Part shown: positions 55,934 through 63,942 of the stretch, in pieces
Numbering within the stretch: position 1 is the first letter of the stretch
How the letters are laid out: each line of letters starts with the position of its first letter
Virus record (IMG/VR): IMGVR_UViG_2784746744_000001
Location: 1 to 64,000 of that record
Source of the DNA: a virus
Length of the DNA: 64,000 nt
Strand: one strand, 5' to 3'
Notes under the pieces: generated by a model
What the model saw: only the letters and a program-made list of their open reading frames with translations
Databases searched by the model: none
Told to the model about the DNA's origin: nothing
Program-made: the position numbers and the translations under genes

Positions 55934-56495
55934 AATCCTGCCCTCCAAGCGGGCAAAAAGCGCTGTTGCCGCTGTCATGGCTGCGGTCATGGTGGGTACC
56001 GCCTCCCTGCTGCCCAGCGGCACGCCAGCGCCTGTCACCCTCGCGGTCGACCACCTCATCAAGCCGTGGGAAGGCCTGCACACGCGTGCCTACCTTGATA
56101 TCGTGAAGGTCCCAACGATCTGCTACGGCGAGACCAAGGGCGTGAAACTAGGCCAGACAAAGACGGTGGCGCAATGCGAAATCATGCTCATCACCCGCGT
56201 CACCGACGACTATTACCAGCCGCTGACAAAGTGCATCGCAGGATTCACCAAGATGCCGGTGAGCGTGCAGGCGTCCATGATCTCCGGCGCCTACAACTTC
56301 GGCGTCGGCGGAATGTGTGGTTCATCTGCTGCCCGCCTTGCGAGGGCTGGCCAGTATCAAGCCGCATGCGAAGCGCAAACGGCGTGGAACAAGGCCGGCG
56401 GTCGTGTCGTCAATGGTCTCGTCAAGCGCCGCGAAATGGGTGATGCGCAGCGGATCGGCGAAGCTGAGCTGTGCGTCTCTGGTCTGTCGAGATGA
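55920..56495 (+). CDS. GH24 phage lysozyme (endolysin) with N-terminal SAR-type hydrophobic segment
   Basis: YLDIVKVPTICYGETKG catalytic region. N-terminal Ala/Gly-rich weakly hydrophobic stretch AVAAVMAAVMVGTASLL. Confidence 0.8.
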   Translation: MPINKILPSKRAKSAVAAVMAAVMVGTASLLPSGTPAPVTLAVDHLIKPWEGLHTRAYLDIVKVPTICYGETKGVKLGQTKTVAQCEIMLITRVTDDYYQPLTKCIAGFTKMPVSVQASMISGAYNFGVGGMCGSSAARLARAGQYQAACEAQTAWNKAGGRVVNGLVKRREMGDAQRIGEAELCVSGLSR

Positions 56496-56890
56496 TCTTA
56501 GCGTTTGCGAAGCTGCTGGGCGTCGATGCCTGGCTTGTGAAGGTCGGCGCGGTATTGCTCGTCGGCCTATCGCTCATGGCAGGCGCGTGGTGGGTTCACG
56601 GCAGAATCTACGACGACGGTTATCAGACTGCCTCGGCCAAGTACGAGGCACAGATTGCTGCCGACGCGCTCCAGCGAGCCGAGGCGAGCCTGAACGAACA
56701 ACGCAGGCAGGCCATCGCCAACAATGCCGCGAAGCAGCGCGAGGCCGAAGCCATCGCCACCCTTGAGGCTCAGGAAGCCGAGAACCTCGAACTAAGTAGG
56801 AGGCTGGCCAGTGAAGCTCAGCAAGATCCTGATGCTGGCCGCCCTAGCCTTGGGGCTGGCAGCGTGCAGCGTATCAACCAAGTCCGCTAG
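56492..56890 (+). CDS. i-spanin (Rz-like)
   Basis: N-terminal TM helix, then coiled coil (AEASLNEQRRQAIANNAAKQREAEAIATLEAQEAENLEL). Confidence 0.6.
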   Translation: MILAFAKLLGVDAWLVKVGAVLLVGLSLMAGAWWVHGRIYDDGYQTASAKYEAQIAADALQRAEASLNEQRRQAIANNAAKQREAEAIATLEAQEAENLELSRRLASEAQQDPDAGRPSLGAGSVQRINQVR

Positions 56891-57110
56891 CATCGTGCCA
56901 CCGGCGCCACCGGTGATCGCGCGACCAGACAGCAGCTTACTGAAGGTCTGCGGCCTGCCTGTCGATGTCGGCAAAGGCGCACTCAGTCAGGCGCAAGTCG
57001 AGGATCTGTGGATCTCGGACCGGGCTGCACTATTGGCCTGCTACCGGCGCCACACGGCGCTCCGCAATTTCATCATAGACCGCGATAACGCATTGAGAGG
57101 TAGCCAGTGA
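56811..57110 (+). CDS. o-spanin lipoprotein (Rz1-like), embedded in the +1 frame of the Rz 3-prime end (GTG start)
   Basis: Lipobox LAAC. Pro-rich. Overlaps Rz by 80 nt. Confidence 0.6.
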   Translation: MKLSKILMLAALALGLAACSVSTKSASIVPPAPPVIARPDSSLLKVCGLPVDVGKGALSQAQVEDLWISDRAALLACYRRHTALRNFIIDRDNALRGSQ

Positions 57111-57448
57111 CCGGCTCTGAAATCATGGCCGTAGTCGGCTTTTTTGTAATGGTGTCCGGTGCCCTTTGGGGCATCTGGTGGCGCATCGAAGGCAGGGTGA
57201 AAGAGGCCAAAGATTCGGCCGTCGGTACCGCTACTGCTGCGCAGGCACTTGCTAACCTTGCTCGCGACGAACTGGCCGCACATCGCCTGCACGTCGCCGA
57301 GACATACATTACCAAGGCTGGCATGCGCGAAACCACCGAGCAGCTCATGGAAGCCATCAGCGGCGTCAAGAGCGCCGTCGACGGCATGACGCTTCGCATC
57401 GACCGGGTGGTCGAAGGCCAGCCTCGTCGATCCACTACTCGTACTTAA
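57107..57448 (+). CDS. small membrane protein (DUF2730-like)
   Basis: N-terminal TM helix plus coiled coil. Confidence 0.45.
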   Translation: MTGSEIMAVVGFFVMVSGALWGIWWRIEGRVKEAKDSAVGTATAAQALANLARDELAAHRLHVAETYITKAGMRETTEQLMEAISGVKSAVDGMTLRIDRVVEGQPRRSTTRT

Positions 57449-57460
57449 GGAAGCTGAAGC

Positions 57461-57778
57461 ATGGCTTTTTCAGGCGTTCACGTAGTGTGCGCATATGCCG
57501 GTTCTCTGGCATTCCAGCGCGCCCCCACACAGCCGATCATCGGCAAGGTCAATTGGTCTGAATCGATATCCTCCGGTTCCATGACCACTAACTCCGCTCC
57601 CGGCCTTCACGGCGCTGCCGGGCAGCCTATCTTCCGCATTCGCTCCTCTGCGGAGGTGTGGGTGTCGGTCGGACCTCAACCGGACCCGGTCGGCGGCAAG
57701 CGGTTCATCGTTCCTGCTGGTGTTGACTACGACGTTTACGTCGATGTTGGTGACCGCCTTGCTTGGACGTCCGCCTGA
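57461..57778 (+). CDS. hypothetical protein
   Basis: 105 aa. AGGAAG RBS. Confidence 0.4.
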   Translation: MAFSGVHVVCAYAGSLAFQRAPTQPIIGKVNWSESISSGSMTTNSAPGLHGAAGQPIFRIRSSAEVWVSVGPQPDPVGGKRFIVPAGVDYDVYVDVGDRLAWTSA

Positions 57779-59097
57779 TGAGTGGCTTACGAGGGCTGGG
57801 CGGTGGTCCCAGAGCACTGACTGATCGCAACGTCAGGATGAGCGGCGCGGAGGCAGTCAACAAGCTGCTCCGCGCGTTCCGCAAGGCAGAAGACAACAAC
57901 CCTTACCAGTTGCCGGAGATGGCGACCCCGCCAACGGTTGCTGTATCAGCGACGACCGACGCCGCCCTTGCCGCATCTATCCCGCTCGCTACGGCTAACG
58001 CTCTGACCGCGGCAGCAGCAAAGGTGGCTTGGTATGGCGGCGTTCCTGCCGTTATCGCGAACACCTTCGTGGGCATGCCGGTGGTTAGTAACTTGCCGGC
58101 CAACGGCAACCTTGCTTCGCTTGCTAATGCCAATGTGAGCGCCGACCTGTCGATGTATAATCACGCGGCCGAAATTATGACCGACGCGGACACCGTTGAA
58201 TTCTCGATCTATTGCCGAACCGATCGGAAGGTCATGTTCCAGGTCGACGGACAATATGTCAGCAAGGCCGGCCATGTCGGCGTTACGGCGAGCAACAGCT
58301 ACAACTTTTTCAAGTTGACGTTCACGAGCAAACGGCCCCGCCGAATCCGCATTCTCATGTCGAACATGTCGGAAGCCGCTAGTTCTCCCACCATGCTCTC
58401 GGCGGTTCGATTATCTGCGCTGTCGGCATTCTGGAAGCCGGATCAGTCCGGAGTGCTACGCCTTGGTTGCTACACTGACAGCTACGGCATGGGCGGCGGG
58501 ACTCAAACCAATTGGGATACTCCGAACGCCGCTTTCACCACGCTCGCTGGTGAACTGCTGGGCATGCGAGATGTTCGCCAGTTGTCGCAGTTCGGTACTG
58601 GATACATCGCTACAGGTTCTGGTCGGTCGAAGCTGCTCGCGCAGATCCCCCGATCCATCTCGCAGCAGGGGCCTTGGGACCTCATACTTGTCGCTCACGG
58701 CTATAACGATGCCGCGCAAGCGCCAGCCACTGTTCAGGCAGAAGCTCTTGCAGCTCTGCGACTGATCCGCGAGGGTGCGCCGAACGTGCCGATCGTCGTG
58801 GTCGGCCCATGGGGAGGCAGGACGGGGCCTAGCGCGGCAGTTGTTGGTGTCGAGAACGCTATCAGTTCTGCGGTCACTGCCTTGGCAGATCCGCTCTGCA
58901 GGTTTGCGCCGAACAGTACGGCCGCGCAGCCCTTCCTTTTTGGGACGGGCTACCAAGGCGCGACCAATGCCAGCGGCAACAGCGACGTCTACATCGGCAC
59001 CGACGGCACGCATTTCACGCCGATCGTCGGCCATGAATATGGCGCATACCGCGTTGCGACTGCAGTGCGAGATGCTGTTGAGGCTATGTTGAAGTAA
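57763..59097 (+). CDS. SGNH/GDSL-family hydrolase with N-terminal beta-rich domain (likely polysaccharide esterase / receptor-modifying enzyme)
   Basis: Block I CYTDSYG (Ser nucleophile). Block III HGYNDA. Block V DGTHF. Confidence 0.7.
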   Translation: MDVRLMSGLRGLGGGPRALTDRNVRMSGAEAVNKLLRAFRKAEDNNPYQLPEMATPPTVAVSATTDAALAASIPLATANALTAAAAKVAWYGGVPAVIANTFVGMPVVSNLPANGNLASLANANVSADLSMYNHAAEIMTDADTVEFSIYCRTDRKVMFQVDGQYVSKAGHVGVTASNSYNFFKLTFTSKRPRRIRILMSNMSEAASSPTMLSAVRLSALSAFWKPDQSGVLRLGCYTDSYGMGGGTQTNWDTPNAAFTTLAGELLGMRDVRQLSQFGTGYIATGSGRSKLLAQIPRSISQQGPWDLILVAHGYNDAAQAPATVQAEALAALRLIREGAPNVPIVVVGPWGGRTGPSAAVVGVENAISSAVTALADPLCRFAPNSTAAQPFLFGTGYQGATNASGNSDVYIGTDGTHFTPIVGHEYGAYRVATAVRDAVEAMLK

Positions 59098-59152
59098 GGG
59101 ATTCCCTCGCGGAATCTCCCGGTGTATGCTGCTAGACAGCGGACCAAGTTTG

Positions 59153-59190
59153 AACGCCCTCTGCCTATCGGTGGAGGGCGTTTTTTTTAT
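59153..59190 (+). terminator. rho-independent terminator
   Basis: AACGCCCTC stem, loop, GAGGGCGTT, then T8. Confidence 0.65.
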
Positions 59191-59285
59191 TTCAGTTGAT
59201 GCGCGCCGCCACCTGGTCCGAAATATTGAGTGGACAACCCTAATTTTGCATGCTTACTTTAGACTTCACGCATATCCAGTCTGTG

Positions 59286-59320
59286 CCCGCCGCCTTGACC
59301 AGGTGGCGGGCTTTTTTTGG
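59286..59320 (+). terminator. rho-independent terminator-like hairpin, part of a repeated element
   Basis: CCCGCCGCC...GGTGGCGGG then T7. A related copy is at 59616-59670. Confidence 0.55.
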
Positions 59321-60050
59321 CATGCGAGCCATTCGGTGACTCTCAGCAGTAATTTTCGCTGTCGCTATCCATCCAAGTGACGGCCTTCGCCCGCTTGAGT
59401 AACCGTAGAGCGGACTCGGCAAGGCGTAGGCTTTGAGCCTTGCTTGCAAGCGGTTCCAGCTTTTTTCGAGATCTGGAGCTTATGCGCTCCGACCTTACCG
59501 AATTCACGCGCTTTCGCTTCATGTCAGCCTCCAGCAATACACGCAGCATTGTGCTTTCGCAGTCTGAATTCAACTCTAAGGCCGCTATATCGTTAAGCGG
59601 TAAGGTTAGCGCGAAAGCATATCCAGCATGTGCCAGCTGCCACCACCATGTGGCGGGATTTTTTCGCGTTCAGGTCTGTCGGGATAGCAAGGGCCGGTTA
59701 ATCTGTGGGAAAACAGCGGGGGCAGACTTGAACGATAACAATCCAGTCGAAGTTTCAAAGCCTACGACGAAACGTAAACCACCAATCTGGCCTTGGGTTG
59801 CGGTGCTGATACTCGTCATCGTCGGCATATTGGTCCACCGCGAACTGACGTTGATGTTTGACGACCTGCAGCGAACAGGCCGAGACTTCATTCAACTATT
59901 CGAGTGGCTGCTGTCACTGGTGGATGGCTAAGCTGCTACGCGAAGCGATCAGGCACACCCGGCTTTCAATCCTCCAGCTATATCGATTGGAACTAATCAA
60001 GTTTCGTCTTGTTGGACATTCGCATCAACAAAAAACAAGAGGAACACCCA

Positions 60051-60389
60051 ATGATCAAGATTCTCACAGTCGCCGCTCTCTCTCTCGGCCTTGCAACGTC
60101 CGCAATGGCTCAGGCATCTGGCGGCTCTTCCGGCACAGGTGGCGACAATGGTGCAGGTTCCGGTAGCTCTAGCGGCGCGAGCGGTTCAAACTCCGGCTCG
60201 ACTGGCACTGGTGGCGGTAACAACGGCGGGGCGTCGACCGGCGCATCAGGCGGCAAGGCTAGCGACGCGCCGGGTAGCTCGCAGTCGAACTGCGGCGCTC
60301 CCGGCGGGACTCAGGGCGCAGCCCAGTCCGGCACGACTTCTTCCGGCTCCACAAATCCAGGAGCAGGCGCTGCCGGCACATCGTGCTGA
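60051..60389 (+). CDS. secreted Gly/Ser-rich low-complexity protein
   Basis: Signal peptide MIKILTVAALSLGLATSAMA. RBS AAGAGGAAC. Terminator at 60404-60445. Confidence 0.55.
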   Translation: MIKILTVAALSLGLATSAMAQASGGSSGTGGDNGAGSGSSSGASGSNSGSTGTGGGNNGGASTGASGGKASDAPGSSQSNCGAPGGTQGAAQSGTTSSGSTNPGAGAAGTSC

Positions 60390-60403
60390 CACCCCGTAAG
60401 TAA

Positions 60404-60445
60404 GGAAGCGCCTCCTGCCCGCCGGCAGGGGGCGTTTTTTCGTTT
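60404..60445 (+). terminator. rho-independent terminator (bidirectional)
   Basis: GCGCCTCCTGCCCGCCGGCAGGGGGCGTTTTTTCGTTTTT. Confidence 0.6.
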
Positions 60446-60817
60446 TTACTGCGGAAAATCTTTCGACGCCTTCGCTGTTGCTAACGTCTTGCCGACTGCA
60501 TCAAGAGCTTTGACCGTAAAGCGGTAAGTGTGACGCATTGGCGGGCAGGGGCCGCTATAACGAAACGCGCCGTACGGAAGCGATTGCTGGCCTTTGTAAT
60601 CAACCTTGCCACCGCCGTGGTTGTAACTCATCGCGTCCATATCAACCATTTTGATGTCGAGCTTCACTGTCCCAGCCGGAACGCCTGACAGAGAGATTGG
60701 AGGGGATTTGGAGTCGAAGCATTTTTTTGTCGGACCCCATTCAACGGAGGCCTTCATATCGGCAAGGGCCACGGTGGTGAGTGACAATGAAAACAATACG
60801 GTAAGGGCGATTCTCAT
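60446..60817 (-). CDS. YbhB/YbcL-family PEBP (phosphatidylethanolamine-binding / Raf kinase inhibitor-like) protein, secreted
   Basis: Signal peptide, then PEBP motifs (YRFTVKALD, HGGG). Confidence 0.7.
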   Translation of the reverse strand: MRIALTVLFSLSLTTVALADMKASVEWGPTKKCFDSKSPPISLSGVPAGTVKLDIKMVDMDAMSYNHGGGKVDYKGQQSLPYGAFRYSGPCPPMRHTYRFTVKALDAVGKTLATAKASKDFPQ

Positions 60818-60906
60818 GTGGATCTCGTATGTTGTTGGCAGCGCCACTTTATGGAGTGCATTCCAACTCACAAGTGTGTTTTCTCGTTTCACCCAATAAA
60901 GGTGTG

Positions 60907-61173
60907 TCAAGGTAGGCCGATGCTATCCGCAAGCTCTGCTGCCTCGTTCCGCACGGTACCGCGTTTGTAAGGATAGTGCTCATAGCACCACCATTTTGGT
61001 TCATCGTGCCCATGGCGAAAGCCCCAGCCTCCCCACTTGCCGCAGCCTTCCACGATGCAGAAGTGAATATACGGTCCGGCCCCGTCCAATTGGGCTGTAC
61101 GGCTTTCGTCGCTCATTTTTTTGCCTCGATGAGTATGTTGGCTTTCAGTAGACAAGGGAAGCGAGCTTCGCAT
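60907..61173 (-). CDS. hypothetical Cys/Trp-rich small protein
   Basis: 88-aa ORF downstream of the imuA-like gene. Confidence 0.3.
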   Translation of the reverse strand: MRSSLPLSTESQHTHRGKKMSDESRTAQLDGAGPYIHFCIVEGCGKWGGWGFRHGHDEPKWWCYEHYPYKRGTVRNEAAELADSIGLP

Positions 61174-61415
61174 TGATCGGTTCCGCGACGGTCGCAGCCG
61201 ATAGCCATTATTCGGCGAAGCTCGACGAACTCCGTCTCGGCACCAAGCTTCTTAACCAGCTGTTTTCGATCATAGACGCCGTGGCGGTCGCACCGGTGGC
61301 AAACCATTTCGATCTTGTCGCCGCGGAAGTCGCGCAGTTTGGGAAGGCTCACAGCGCCACCCTCCATGGGTCTTCTTGTTCTTCGATAGATGTCATGTGG
61401 CCTGTTGCGTTGCAC
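61113..61415 (-). CDS. hypothetical Cys-rich small protein (CHRCDRHG motif)
   Basis: 100-aa ORF. Overlaps both neighbours. Confidence 0.3.
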   Translation of the reverse strand: MQRNRPHDIYRRTRRPMEGGAVSLPKLRDFRGDKIEMVCHRCDRHGVYDRKQLVKKLGAETEFVELRRIMAIGCDRRGTDQCEARFPCLLKANILIEAKK

Positions 61416-62080
61416 GCGTTTACCTCAACGTCAAAACTCTCAGCTGCGCGAACACGCATGAGCTCTAGAAACCAGCGGGGCCGACCAATGCCGGGAACGG
61501 GTAGGGGTTCAGAAGGAAGGGGTGACACCCGCCATCTCGTCATCGAGGCGGTCGGGCTTCCGAAGTCTGTGGCTTCTTGCTGGCGCCGCCACCGACGAAT
61601 GATAAGCCCGGTTGCTCCAGACTGCTCTGCGGCGAGTTGGAAGCGTCGGCTGGCGACCATCGGCAGGCGCACCAGTTCAGCGACAACAACTGCTACGCCG
61701 CGATACCGCAGGCCTTCCTCGGCGCATTCAATCACGCCTTCTTCATCTTTGGATTCGACGAAAATCACGCGGTCCATGCTGAGGCCGACCTGCACCAAGG
61801 ATGGCGCGAAAAGATCGGTGCGAGTTAGACACCATATCACCGGGCCGGGTATCCGCGCTGCTATCCCTGCCGTAAACAGCGCCGACACTGCCCCGCACAC
61901 TACATCGGTTCCGCCGCCCGCAATCTCGTGCGTCGCTCCGAGCGCCAATCCGCCGCCAGGCAACCGGCTATCAATTTCGGGCACTCCGAAAGGGACCGTT
62001 TGGCGCTGACGCACAGCTCCGCCGGCGATCTGGTCGATGCGCTCCTGTAGATCTGCGATGACGGTGCGATTAATTCTCAT
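61349..62080 (-). CDS. imuA: ImuA-like SOS mutagenesis protein (RecA/SulA-fold)
   Basis: N-terminal ...IDSRLPGGGLALGATHEIAGGG... matches the ImuA consensus. SOS box directly upstream. Confidence 0.7.
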   Translation of the reverse strand: MRINRTVIADLQERIDQIAGGAVRQRQTVPFGVPEIDSRLPGGGLALGATHEIAGGGTDVVCGAVSALFTAGIAARIPGPVIWCLTRTDLFAPSLVQVGLSMDRVIFVESKDEEGVIECAEEGLRYRGVAVVVAELVRLPMVASRRFQLAAEQSGATGLIIRRWRRQQEATDFGSPTASMTRWRVSPLPSEPLPVPGIGRPRWFLELMRVRAAESFDVEVNACNATGHMTSIEEQEDPWRVAL

Positions 62081-62099
62081 GATCTCACAATAGGCTTTT

Positions 62100-62114
62100 G
62101 TTCCTATTATGTTC
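62100..62114. promoter_or_regulatory. alphaproteobacterial LexA (SOS) box GTTC-N7-GTTC
   Basis: GTTCCTATTATGTTC about 20 nt upstream of the imuA-like start codon. Confidence 0.65.
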
Positions 62115-62237
62115 TCATTGATAGTGGAGTCAACGGCCTGTTCGCGGTGACCGCGTAGCCAACTGAAACTGCTAATTTATATGTTCAGAATGGGCTGTGG
62201 TTACGCAGTGGATAAACCATTTTTGCCAAGGCTGGCT

Positions 62238-62609
62238 TTAAACGCACAAAGCCCCGCGCATGTCGGTACGCGGGGCAATGGCGCGGCCAGCTGACGCATC
62301 GTCAAGATCAACCGGCGCGATTTCAAAACCGTGATCACCGAAATACGTTCCGAGATTATTTAACTTTTGCTTCAGGCGATTCACCGTCTCTAAGATTTGC
62401 CTGAGTTCCTCGTCTGTGCCCATGCCGAGTGCCAAATTTTCTGCGACCTCGACAACAGCTGCCAGGGTTTCGGCCTCTGTCCAGCCGGCTTTCATCGCGT
62501 CGGCAATAAGCTCCTGCAACTGCCCTTCGATCGCCTCCTCACATTCGATGAAGCGGTCGGAAGAATTCGCGCGGGGTTTATCCATGCCGCCCAACGAACT
62601 CAACCGCAA
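62238..62609 (-). CDS. hypothetical acidic protein
   Basis: 123-aa ORF. Divergent from the protease gene across the operator. Confidence 0.4.
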   Translation of the reverse strand: MRLSSLGGMDKPRANSSDRFIECEEAIEGQLQELIADAMKAGWTEAETLAAVVEVAENLALGMGTDEELRQILETVNRLKQKLNNLGTYFGDHGFEIAPVDLDDASAGRAIAPRTDMRGALCV

Positions 62610-62634
62610 GCAGTTCCCCTCAGTATCACAAATC

Positions 62635-62650
62635 TTGACAAATTTGTAAA
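62635..62650. promoter_or_regulatory. third copy of TTGACAAATTTGTAAA (type B operator/promoter)
   Basis: Exact 16-mer repeat. Confidence 0.5.
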
Positions 62651-62710
62651 TCTATTGTAGTGGTAGTTCATGGCCTCACCAGCCAAATTCACCACACAGA
62701 GGAGGCCGTC

Positions 62711-63367
62711 ATGACCAGATTCAGACGCATTGCGTTCGCATCCGTCGCTGTATTACTCAGCGGTATCGCCTACTTTGCCGCCCCTACAGTAGCGGCCTAC
62801 ACCGAAAAGTTCACTGCCGCGCCGGTTACAGCCGCCGCGACGGTCAAAGTCGTCACAAAGACCGGCCACGGTTCGGGTGTGCACATCGGCACAGGATTTG
62901 TTCTGACTGCTGCGCACGTCGCCCGCGACGTGAAGTCGGTGCAATTGGTGACGAAGGACGGTCAGTCACGCCAAGCCGACGTCCTGTGGATCAACGATGA
63001 ATACGACATTGCGCTGCTGCGCACGTCGCCCGCGACGTTGCCTGCCGCTCACCTGGACTGCGGTCGTATGGATGTCGGGGCGGTCATCGAGGCCATGGGC
63101 AATCCTCTGGTCGTCGATTTTGTCTCGGCCTACGGCAAGATTGCCGGCGACCCTCGGAAGCAGGGTCCTTGGAAGTCGGTCTACGTCACAGACATCACGA
63201 CCGTGAAGGGTATGAGCGGTGGCCCGGTATTCTCGTCATCTGGCGATGTCGTCGGCATCACCGTCGGTCTGCTGTCTGACGCTACAGGGCTGATCCCGAT
63301 CGGCGTGCGATTTGGCTTCGTCGTGCCGTCGTCCGATGTTTGCGCGCTGTTGGGGCGGGTGTCTTGA
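62711..63367 (+). CDS. trypsin-like S1 serine protease, secreted
   Basis: His motif LTAAHV. Ser motif GMSGGPV. Signal peptide. Leader CACACAGAGGAGG. Confidence 0.7.
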   Translation: MTRFRRIAFASVAVLLSGIAYFAAPTVAAYTEKFTAAPVTAAATVKVVTKTGHGSGVHIGTGFVLTAAHVARDVKSVQLVTKDGQSRQADVLWINDEYDIALLRTSPATLPAAHLDCGRMDVGAVIEAMGNPLVVDFVSAYGKIAGDPRKQGPWKSVYVTDITTVKGMSGGPVFSSSGDVVGITVGLLSDATGLIPIGVRFGFVVPSSDVCALLGRVS

Positions 63368-63630
63368 GGGCGCTTTTCGGGGTTCGCCTTCATGCTGGCG
63401 AGCCGGAATTGCCCACCAAACTTCGAGCTTACACAGGCAGTTTGCTATCCAAAAACGCAGGTGGCGAAGCACTCAACAACTACACCGATCATGCGCTGGC
63501 TCGCTGGTACGGGGTGTCGTTCAAACTCAGGTGGTTTGCCGGCCTTTGGATATTCGGGAGCACCACCTACCCATCTGAGCGCGGACCACTTCCGCGATAA
63601 CCACCACACCATCACAAAGAGGAGACTTCC

Positions 63631-63942
63631 ATGTCCGACCCAATCGTCGTCGATATCGGCGCCGCAATGCAGATGCTCGAGGCCAATCCGGAATTGGCGC
63701 GTAAAATGAACGAGCTCGTGCTCGGTCCAGTGATTGCCGAGCAGCTGGCTTCCCGTGAGGAGCTGATCAATACGCTGGGAGAGGCGCTGACCTTATCGCT
63801 CGACAACATGCAGGCGGCATCAGACCTGTTCGAGGATGGCCACAACGGAGAGGCGTGGGAATACGTCTCATCCGCCCAGCTGGCCACGAAGAAGGCTGTC
63901 GCCGAGTTTCGCGAGTATGCTGGCCAGCAGGAGGTTGCATGA
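63631..63942 (+). CDS. hypothetical acidic helical protein
   Basis: 103 aa. Leader TAACCACCACACCATCACAAAGAGGAGAC. Confidence 0.45.
   Translation: MSDPIVVDIGAAMQMLEANPELARKMNELVLGPVIAEQLASREELINTLGEALTLSLDNMQAASDLFEDGHNGEAWEYVSSAQLATKKAVAEFREYAGQQEVA

Larger units (their letters stand above)
1..59320. mobile_element. temperate Caudovirales-type prophage (lambdoid early region, lambda-like head, P2/Mu-like contractile tail). Boundaries are not contained in the window and the right-hand cargo probably extends past 59.3 kb
   Basis: Contiguous integrase, repressors, replication, packaging, head, tail and lysis modules. Phage-specific leader motif and operator recur out to 63.6 kb. Confidence 0.8.

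Noticed and set aside
59126-59931. ORFs 59126-59380 and 59440-59931
   Set aside because: They run through two rho-independent terminators and repeat elements in an AT-rich non-coding stretch. The LNDNNP segment is noted, but no RBS or coherent protein is apparent.
61349-62080. Interpreting the imuA-like gene as a phage RecA/recombinase
   Set aside because: The N-terminal consensus and the upstream LexA box fit ImuA. RecA Walker A and B motifs are absent.
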